Assembly: GCA_964508125.1 (NCBI GenBank)
Contig: CAZDTC010000002.1
Location: forward strand, 1 to 43,170
DNA length: 43,170 bases
From: an uncultured Candidatus Kuenenia sp.
GTDB taxonomy: Bacteria > Planctomycetota > Planctomycetia > Pirellulales > UBA1268
Direction: 5' to 3'
The position numbers and the translations under genes were made by a program. The notes under the pieces are model-generated. The model saw nothing but the letters and a program-made list of their open reading frames with translations, made no database searches and was not told the DNA's origin. This document shows, piece by piece, positions 33,731 through 40,282 of this stretch. Each line of letters starts with the position of its first letter. The first letter of the stretch is position 1.

Positions 33731-35649
33731 CGGGCCTGGGATTGCTGGAGGTAGTTGCCGAGAACGACAAGCGATAGCGGACGGGACCAGTGCATGGCAT
33801 GTCGCTGCGACTTGTAGCCGTCCCAAAGCCGGGCAATCGATCCAGACGGAAAAATCGGGCAGTCGGTAAGCGTGGAGATCGCCCCCTCGCATTGATCGCG
33901 GAGCGGGCCAAACATCCATTCCCCGATCGGCAGCGAGAAGCCCCGCTTCGGCCGCGCGAAGAGATCGTAGGGCAACACGGATCCGAGGGCCTTACGCAGA
34001 AGATGCTTGGGCAGCGCGTTCGGCGGGTTTTTCACGCTGCTTGGCAGCGCACTCACCGCATCGGCGAACCACCGACCGAGGAATGGCACGCGAATCTCCA
34101 GCGAATGGGCCATGCTGTTTGTGTCGGAGTCGCGGAGCAGGGTGTTGCCCATATAGAGGACGCATTCGGCTTGCGATACAGCGCGAAAGGCATCGCGGCC
34201 GACGTTGCCGAAGGCTTCGGATGCCGCGGGCGAAAGAAACTGCTGCGTGAGCCCGAGCGAACGAGCATCAAAGCCGATCGACTGCAGAGCTTTATCGCTC
34301 GTGAGCCGACGAAACTGGCTCGCGAGTTCCAGCGGCGTGGTGCCCCCGGAGACCACATCAATCGCCTTGGCCCGCTTGCCGGCCGGAAGCCCCGCGAAAA
34401 CCACCTCCGCAAACGACTTGCGGAGGCGTTGGGGAACCAATGCGAGCAGCCAGAGTAGCCGGGCTGCCTTCGCCGCCCGCGAAAAGGTCGAGTAGCCACC
34501 AAACAACTCATCTGCCCCGAGCCCGGATAGGGCCACCGTGGTGCCGCTATCCTTCACGACGCCGCTGACGACGTAGGTGTTGAGACCGTCGATGCTCGGG
34601 CGGTCGCAGGCCTGGAGCCACTCCCGCCACTGAAGTTGGATCCAGTCGTCGTCGAGAATTGTCTGCCGATGTTGCGTGCCGAGAGCGCGGGCCGTGGCGG
34701 CGGCGTCGGCGAGTTCGTCGGTTCCTCCGGAGCTCTCGAAGCCCACCGAAAACGTGTGAACGGGCGCTCGGTGGTTGCGGGCAACCGCCGCAAGGGTGGC
34801 GGAATCGATCCCTCCGGAAAGAAACACGCCCAGCGGCACGTCGGAGATGCACTGATCGCGAACAGACGCGTTGAGCTGCATCTGGATCGTGCGCACAGCC
34901 TTGGCCTCGGCGATCGGCTCCGCAACGTCGGGAAACCGCCAGTAGCGCCTGGCGGCCGGCGGCCGGCTGGCCGCGTCGCTCCCGATCCACTCGCACGATC
35001 CGGCCGGGAATGATTGGATCGCGCGGTGAACAGTGAGCGGATCCTGAGGGGCTCCGTAGGCTAGGAACGACGCGATGCCAGCGGGATCGAGATCATCCGG
35101 CACGAGCCCCGAAGCGAGCACCGCCCGCACCTCGCTCGCAAACACGAAGGCGCGGTGGGCCCGGGCCACGTAGAGCGGCTTGATGCCAAACGGATCGCGG
35201 GCGAGGAGCACGCGGCGGCTTTTGGCATGGTAGAAGGCGAAGGCAAACATGCCGTCGAGCTCGTCGAGGGCCTTCTCGCCCCAGGCGACGAGCGCGTGGA
35301 GCAAGACTTCCGTATCGCCGGAGCTGCGCACCTCGAGGCCAAGAGACTGGAGCTTCGCCCGCAGCCAGCGGAAGTTGTAGATCTCGCCGTTGAAGATCAG
35401 GCAGTCGCCCGTCTCCCGATGCACCATCGGCTGGTGGCCGGCGGTGGAGAGATCCAGGATCGCGAGCCGCCGAAACCCGAAGCCCACCGTGCCGGCCGCG
35501 GGCCCTGCCGCATGGCTGCCCGCGGCGATCGGAAACTGCTCAAACCCCTCGTCGTCGGGGCCACGATGCACCATCGCCCGCATCATGGAGCGCACGGAGG
35601 GCTCCACGAGCCGCTGATCGGCGCTTACGACTCCGGCAATGCCACACAC
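33700..35649 (-). CDS. asnB: Asparagine synthase (glutamine-hydrolysing) family amidotransferase, paralogue 2
   Basis: MCGIAGV, RGPDDEG, FNGEIYNF, ARDPFGIKPLY and the PP-loop LGVFLSGGIDSA. It is collinear with paralogue 1 over its full length apart from a 14-aa C-terminal extension. Confidence 0.95.
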   Translation of the reverse strand: MCGIAGVVSADQRLVEPSVRSMMRAMVHRGPDDEGFEQFPIAAGSHAAGPAAGTVGFGFRRLAILDLSTAGHQPMVHRETGDCLIFNGEIYNFRWLRAKLQSLGLEVRSSGDTEVLLHALVAWGEKALDELDGMFAFAFYHAKSRRVLLARDPFGIKPLYVARAHRAFVFASEVRAVLASGLVPDDLDPAGIASFLAYGAPQDPLTVHRAIQSFPAGSCEWIGSDAASRPPAARRYWRFPDVAEPIAEAKAVRTIQMQLNASVRDQCISDVPLGVFLSGGIDSATLAAVARNHRAPVHTFSVGFESSGGTDELADAAATARALGTQHRQTILDDDWIQLQWREWLQACDRPSIDGLNTYVVSGVVKDSGTTVALSGLGADELFGGYSTFSRAAKAARLLWLLALVPQRLRKSFAEVVFAGLPAGKRAKAIDVVSGGTTPLELASQFRRLTSDKALQSIGFDARSLGLTQQFLSPAASEAFGNVGRDAFRAVSQAECVLYMGNTLLRDSDTNSMAHSLEIRVPFLGRWFADAVSALPSSVKNPPNALPKHLLRKALGSVLPYDLFARPKRGFSLPIGEWMFGPLRDQCEGAISTLTDCPIFPSGSIARLWDGYKSQRHAMHWSRPLSLVVLGNYLQQSQARVGQASASRL

Positions 35650-35737
35650 GGATAATCCTCAAAAAGAGCCCCTAGTATGGACTACACGGCTAGCCCCCGC
35701 CATGCGAAATCGATTCCTTGCGGGAACGGTAGGGAAC

Positions 35738-35804
35738 CGTGGGGCAACCGTCTCGGTTGCCAAAAAACAGCCTCATCTCTTGGCAAGCGGGACGCTTGCC
35801 CCAC
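35738..35804 (-). repeat. Palindromic repeat site: B (reverse) and A (reverse)
   Basis: B 35738-35762 (CGTGGGGCAACCGTCTCGGTTGCCA), then an 18-nt spacer, then A 35781-35804 (TGGCAAGCGGGACGCTTGCCCCAC). Confidence 0.9.
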
Positions 35805-35867
35805 GGGCCGTCAATTGACGCCTGAATGTGAACGAGCGTATACTGCTTGGCCAAAAGGAGAAAACTG

Positions 35868-36080
35868 ATGACCGCTGACACGCTTCGCGACCTCGTGCTG
35901 CGGCGCCCGTTCGAGCCGTTTGTCATCAATCTCTCGAGCGGCGAGTCACACGAGATTCGCCATCCCGAGTGCCTGGCGATCGGGAAGACGCGGGTTTACG
36001 TATCCTACCCCGAGGAAGACCGGCTGGTGATCTGCTCGGTGCTGCACATCACAAGCGTCGAAGCCCTCCAAGGGGCGTAG
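35868..36080 (+). CDS. Small hypothetical protein (70 aa)
   Basis: The ATG at 35868 is preceded by AAGGAG (35855-35860). MTADTLRDLVLRRPFEPFVINLSSGESHEIRHPECLAIG...ICSVLHITSVE resembles a widespread ~70-aa family I cannot name. Repeat sites flank both sides. Confidence 0.6.
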   Translation: MTADTLRDLVLRRPFEPFVINLSSGESHEIRHPECLAIGKTRVYVSYPEEDRLVICSVLHITSVEALQGA

Positions 36081-36206
36081 GGATCCGCCCCGGGTCCCCG
36101 AATGGCCCGCCGGAGCAGGCACTCCGGGACGGGGCCCGCTGCGGCGGGGGGCGGATCTACCTCCGCACCACGCGGCCGATGTTTGCGCTGTGAATCAATC
36201 ACATGA

Positions 36207-36295
36207 GGCAAGCGTTTCGCTTGCCGTGGCGACGTGGGGCAAGCGTCTCGCTTGCCGTCGCACCACACGTTGGCGACCGGGACGGTCGCCCCACA
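36207..36295 (+). repeat. Palindromic repeat site: A-A-B (forward)
   Basis: A 36207-36226 (loop TTT), A 36235-36257, B variant 36270-36295 (TTGGCGACCG gga CGGTCGCCCCAC). Confidence 0.9.
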
Positions 36296-36356
36296 TCCGG
36301 GCCGCGGCACGCGTGGCACTCTCGCCCGCGCGGGGCTTTTGTTACGCTCCGCGGCC

Positions 36357-37661
36357 ATGAGCCGAGCCGAGCCCCTGCCCCCGCCCCTCACGATCTGGAT
36401 CGTCAACCCGTTCGACGACATTCCCGGCGAGGGCCTGCCTCCGCTCCGCTATTGGTCGCTCGCCCGGATCCTCGCCGCCCGCGGCCACGATGTGACCTGG
36501 TGGAGCTGCACCTGGAGCCACCGGCGCAAGGCCCGCCGCGACGTGCCCCTCGGGATTCGCGACGACGAACAGTTTGCCGTCAGGCTCGTGGCCGTGAGGC
36601 CCTACGAAAAAAACGTTTCGCTGGCCAGGATTCGCAGCCACCGCGACTTCGGCCGCACGTTTGAACGGCTGGCGAGCGAGGGCGTGGCCTCGGGCCAGCT
36701 CGACCGCCCCGACGTGATCCTGGCGAGCCTGCCGCCCCTCGAAGGCCCGGAGGCCGCCGCCCGCCTCGCCAAGCGGCTCGACGCGCTCTTTGTGTGCGAC
36801 GTGATGGACGCCTGGCCCGAAACATTCGAGCGGCTCCTGCCCGGCCCCACGTGGCTCCGCGGCATCCTGGCGCCTCTGCTCCTCGGCGGCATGGAAAAGC
36901 GGCGCAACGCCGTGCTCGCGGCGGCCGATGCCCTCTCGGCGGCGTCGGAGACCTACCTCGACCTGGCCCGGCAGAAGCGGGCCGCGGGCGGAAACGCATC
37001 CGACACTCCGGCCCATGCCTGCTATCACGGCGCCTACCTGCAGGAATTCCCCGAGCCGCCCCGGCTCTCACCGACGGATGTCGACGCCTCGCGCGAGGCG
37101 GGCGCCTCACGGCCCGTGTCGTGCGTGTATGCCGGCACGCTCGAAGCGGGGCAGGATCTCGACACGCTCGTGGCCGCCTGCCGGCTGCTCGCTTCGGCCG
37201 GCACCGAGGCGGAGATCCACGTGGCCGGCACGGGCGCGCTCGAACAGCGGCTGCGCACCGCCGCGGCCGGCCTCAAGGGAGCCTGCAGGCTCGTCGTGCA
37301 CGGCCTGCTCGGCCGCCGCGAGTATGTGAGCCTGCTCTCCACGGCCGATGTGGGCCTCGTGCTTGTGAAGCCCGAGTCGTTTGTGGCGGTGCCCTACAAG
37401 GCCGGCGATTACGCTGCCGCCGGGCTCGCACTTGTGAACTCCATTCCCGGCGAACTCGAGCGGCTCGTCGCGGAGCATTCCGCCGGGATCACCTATACCG
37501 CCGGCGACGCCGCCTCGCTCGCCCGCGCGATCGCCGCCTTCGCGACCAATCGCCAACTCCTCAACGACTGCCGCCAGGGCAGCCGACGCCTGGCGGAGGC
37601 CGCGTTTGATCGGGAAAAGACCTATCTCCAGTTTGCCAAGTGGATCGAGGGGTGTGCGTGA
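36357..37661 (+). CDS. Glycosyltransferase family 4 (WbuB/WcaI-like)
   Basis: The N-terminus IWIVNPFDDIPGEG..RYWSLARILAARGHDVTWW is typical of WbuB-like GT4 enzymes. The C-terminal half carries VLVKPESFVAVPYKAGDYAAAGLALVNS. The start is trimmed to ATG 36357, because the track ORF begins in the repeat. Confidence 0.88.
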   Translation: MSRAEPLPPPLTIWIVNPFDDIPGEGLPPLRYWSLARILAARGHDVTWWSCTWSHRRKARRDVPLGIRDDEQFAVRLVAVRPYEKNVSLARIRSHRDFGRTFERLASEGVASGQLDRPDVILASLPPLEGPEAAARLAKRLDALFVCDVMDAWPETFERLLPGPTWLRGILAPLLLGGMEKRRNAVLAAADALSAASETYLDLARQKRAAGGNASDTPAHACYHGAYLQEFPEPPRLSPTDVDASREAGASRPVSCVYAGTLEAGQDLDTLVAACRLLASAGTEAEIHVAGTGALEQRLRTAAAGLKGACRLVVHGLLGRREYVSLLSTADVGLVLVKPESFVAVPYKAGDYAAAGLALVNSIPGELERLVAEHSAGITYTAGDAASLARAIAAFATNRQLLNDCRQGSRRLAEAAFDREKTYLQFAKWIEGCA

Positions 37662-37670
37662 AGGTACGAA

Positions 37671-37718
37671 TGGCAAGCGGGACGCTTGCCCCACGTGGGG
37701 CGACCGTCTCGGTCGCCA
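37671..37718 (-). repeat. Palindromic repeat site: A (reverse) fused to B (reverse)
   Basis: The sequence is TGGCAAGCG gga CGCTTGCC CCACGTGG GGCGACCG tct CGGTCGCCA. The two hairpins share the perfect 12-bp palindrome CCCCACGTGGGG, and an A7 run follows. Confidence 0.9.
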
Positions 37719-37752
37719 AAAAAACGACAACCCGGCGATTGGCACGCGGTCT

Positions 37753-38709
37753 ATGAATATTCTCGTTACCGGCGCAACGGGCTTCGTGGGGCGCGGCCTT
37801 CTGCCGCTGCTTGCGGCGCGCGGCCACGCAGGCGTCGCCACCGGCCGCACCGCGCCCACCGACCTCCCGCCCGGCTGGATCGGCTCCGCACGCGACCGCG
37901 TGCTCGCCGATGCCGCCAGCATCCCGCCGCCCGACGGCATCATCCATCTCGAGGTGAAGCAGCATGTGCCGCGGCCCACGGCGGCCGATGTCGATGAGTT
38001 TGACCGCGTGAACGTCGGCGGCACGCGTGCCTGGCTCGACTGGGCCGGTCGACACGGCGTGGGCCGGTTTGCGTTTGCCAGTTCCATCAAGGCCGTGGCT
38101 CCCTCGACACAGCCGCAGTTCGAAGACGCGCCGCTCGAGCCCGACACGCCCTACGGGCTCTCGAAGGCCCGCGCGGAAAAGCTCGTGCGCGAGTGGGCCG
38201 CCGCCGACGCCTCACGGGCGGCCGTGATCCTCCGGCCCGCGCCGGTCTACGGGCCCGGCAACGAGGCCAACCTCGCGGCCTTCGTGCGACAGATCCGCGC
38301 CGGCAGGCCCTGCCTCGTGGGCAGCGGCGCCACGCGGAAGGCGATCGTGTCGCGGACCAATCTCGCCGCCGCACTCGAATTCGCGCTCGTGCGGGCACGG
38401 CCGGGCGTGGAAGTGTTTAACGTGTCGGACCGCGAGACGCCGTCGCTCGCCGACCTCGCCCGCCTGATCGCTGAACTCGCCGATGCCCCGGCCCCGAGGC
38501 GCGTGCCTGCCTTCGCCGCCCGGCTGCTCGCCCCGGCGGGCGACCTCGTGAGCGGGCTCACCGGCCGCGACATGCCGCTCACCAGCGCCCGGCTCAAGGC
38601 GATCGAGGAGACGAGCGTGTTTCCCTGCGACAAGCTCGTGGCCGCCGGCTTCCACCATCCGCAGACGACGAAGGAAGGGCTCTCAGAGATGATCCGGGCC
38701 GCGATGTAA
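37753..38709 (+). CDS. NAD-dependent epimerase/dehydratase (extended SDR)
   Basis: MNILVTGATGFVGRGLL is the GxxGxxG motif, and YGLSKARAEKL is the YxxxK motif. Confidence 0.9.
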   Translation: MNILVTGATGFVGRGLLPLLAARGHAGVATGRTAPTDLPPGWIGSARDRVLADAASIPPPDGIIHLEVKQHVPRPTAADVDEFDRVNVGGTRAWLDWAGRHGVGRFAFASSIKAVAPSTQPQFEDAPLEPDTPYGLSKARAEKLVREWAAADASRAAVILRPAPVYGPGNEANLAAFVRQIRAGRPCLVGSGATRKAIVSRTNLAAALEFALVRARPGVEVFNVSDRETPSLADLARLIAELADAPAPRRVPAFAARLLAPAGDLVSGLTGRDMPLTSARLKAIEETSVFPCDKLVAAGFHHPQTTKEGLSEMIRAAM

Positions 38710-38766
38710 CACGTGGGGCGACCGTCCCGGTTGCCAAGATGATGGCAAGCGGGACGCTTGTCCCAC
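38710..38766 (-). repeat. Palindromic repeat site: B (reverse, hybrid stem) and A (reverse, one mismatch)
   Basis: B 38710-38736 (CACGTGGGGCGACCG tcc CGGTTGCCA, with one G:T pair). A 38743-38766 (TGGCAAGCGGGACGCTTGTCCCAC). The site fills the whole gap between the SDR stop and the Nramp-like start. Confidence 0.85.
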
Positions 38767-38773
38767 CCCCCCT

Positions 38774-40282
38774 ATGCAAGCTGCTCCGACGACGCTGCGC
38801 GCGACGCTCGCCCAACTCGGGCCGGGGATCATCCTCGCGAGTTGCATCGTGGGTAGCGGCGAACTCATCGCCGCCACCACCGTGGGCGCGGAGGCCGGCT
38901 TCTCGCTCCTCTGGTTGATCGTGATCGGCTGCGCGATCAAGGTGGCCGCGCAGGTCGAGATCGGCCGCCATACGCTCGCCTGGGGCCGCACACCGCTGGC
39001 CGCCTTCGACCGCGTGCCCGGGCCGCGGATCGGAGGGCTCGGCTGGATCTACTGGGGGTGGGTGGTGATGACGGTGCTCGTGGTCGTGCAGCAGGGGGGC
39101 ATCCTCGCCGGCGTGGCCCAGACGCTTGCCGCCGGCGCGCCCGTGACCACCGCCGGCCGCGACTGGAACCGCGTGCACGACAAGGCTGCGGCCACGCGGA
39201 TCGATGCGGCCACCGCCCGGCGCTCGGGCGATGCCGCGCAAGCCGACGCCCTCGACGCCCGCCTCGCCGCGCTCGAAGCCGAAGCGCAGGCGCTCGAGCG
39301 GCCCCGCGACGACGTGTTTTGGGCCATCGTCGTCGGCGTGGCGACGTCGATCCTCCTCTCGCTCGGCCGCTACGGCGTGATCGAGCGCGTATCGATCGTG
39401 CTCGTGGGCATCTTCACGCTCGTGACGCTCCTCGCCCTCGTGCTCCTCGAGTGTCAGCCGGCATGGGCGATCTCGGGCCGCGAACTCGCCGCAGGCATGA
39501 TCCCCTCGATTCCACCGGCCGTCGGCGGCCGCTCACCCTTGATGACGGCGCTCGCAACTTTCGGGATCATCGGCGTGGGGGCGAGCGAGCTCATGTTTTA
39601 TCCCTACTGGTGCCTGGAGAAGGGCTACGGCCGGGCCGTGGGGCCGCGCGACGATTCGCCCGCCTGGGCCGAGCGGGCCCGCGGCTGGCTGCGCGTGATG
39701 CAGGTCGACGCGTGGGCGTCGATGGTCGTGTATACGATCGTGACCGTGGCCTTCTATCTCTTGGGCGCGGCCACGCTCGGCCGGCTCGGCCTGCGGCCCG
39801 CCGGCGGCGAGATGGTGCGGTCGCTCGGCGCGATGTATGCGCCCGTGTTCGGCACGTGGGCGGAGGAGATTTTTCTCGTGGGGGCCTTCGCCGTGCTCTA
39901 TTCGACGCTCTTCGCGGCGGCCGACGGCAACTCGCGGATCGTGGCCGACGGCCTGGCGCTTGCCGGCTGGATCCCGGCCGACGACGCCGGCCGACGGGCC
40001 TGGTCGCGCCGGATCGCGACAGCCTGGCCGCTCGTGGCCCTCGGCCTCGCGCTCCTCATCCGCGAGCCCGTGGGCATGGTGCTTGCCAGCGGGGCGATGC
40101 AGGCTGTGATGCTCGCGGCCCTGGGCGCGGCCGTGCTTTGGTTTCGGCACGGGGCGATGGAGCCGCGGCTGGCCCCCTCGCGAGCGTGGGATTTGCTGTT
40201 GTGGCTGTCGGCCGCGGGCTTCATCATGGTCGGTCTCTGGACCGTATGGCAGAAGCTGCAGGGCATCATCGCGGCGCAGTGA
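38774..40282 (+). CDS. Nramp-fold (LeuT-fold, Nramp-related) transporter lacking the canonical metal-site motif
   Basis: LGPGIILASCIVGSGELIAATTVGAEAGFSLLW aligns with the MntH TM1 region. GASELMFYPYW sits at the TM6 position. 502 aa, with about 11 hydrophobic helices plus a ~58-aa hydrophilic insert. Confidence 0.8.
   Translation: MQAAPTTLRATLAQLGPGIILASCIVGSGELIAATTVGAEAGFSLLWLIVIGCAIKVAAQVEIGRHTLAWGRTPLAAFDRVPGPRIGGLGWIYWGWVVMTVLVVVQQGGILAGVAQTLAAGAPVTTAGRDWNRVHDKAAATRIDAATARRSGDAAQADALDARLAALEAEAQALERPRDDVFWAIVVGVATSILLSLGRYGVIERVSIVLVGIFTLVTLLALVLLECQPAWAISGRELAAGMIPSIPPAVGGRSPLMTALATFGIIGVGASELMFYPYWCLEKGYGRAVGPRDDSPAWAERARGWLRVMQVDAWASMVVYTIVTVAFYLLGAATLGRLGLRPAGGEMVRSLGAMYAPVFGTWAEEIFLVGAFAVLYSTLFAAADGNSRIVADGLALAGWIPADDAGRRAWSRRIATAWPLVALGLALLIREPVGMVLASGAMQAVMLAALGAAVLWFRHGAMEPRLAPSRAWDLLLWLSAAGFIMVGLWTVWQKLQGIIAAQ

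Noticed and set aside
31175-35649. Lasso-peptide or other RiPP cluster (asparagine-synthetase-like cyclase plus a small precursor ORF)
   Set aside because: Both AsnB homologues keep the N-terminal Cys2 glutaminase domain and full length (~640 aa), unlike lasso cyclases. No transglutaminase-like B protease or RiPP recognition element gene is present. The small ORF is 138 aa with a signal peptide rather than a short leader-core peptide.
37671-37725. Hairpin modules acting as classical intrinsic terminators of the upstream plus-strand genes
   Set aside because: The stems are GC-rich, but on the plus strand they are followed by A-runs or nothing, not by a U-tract. The T-run of module B lies 5' of the stem. 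They may still stabilise 3' ends or pause polymerase, but a canonical terminator call is not supported.
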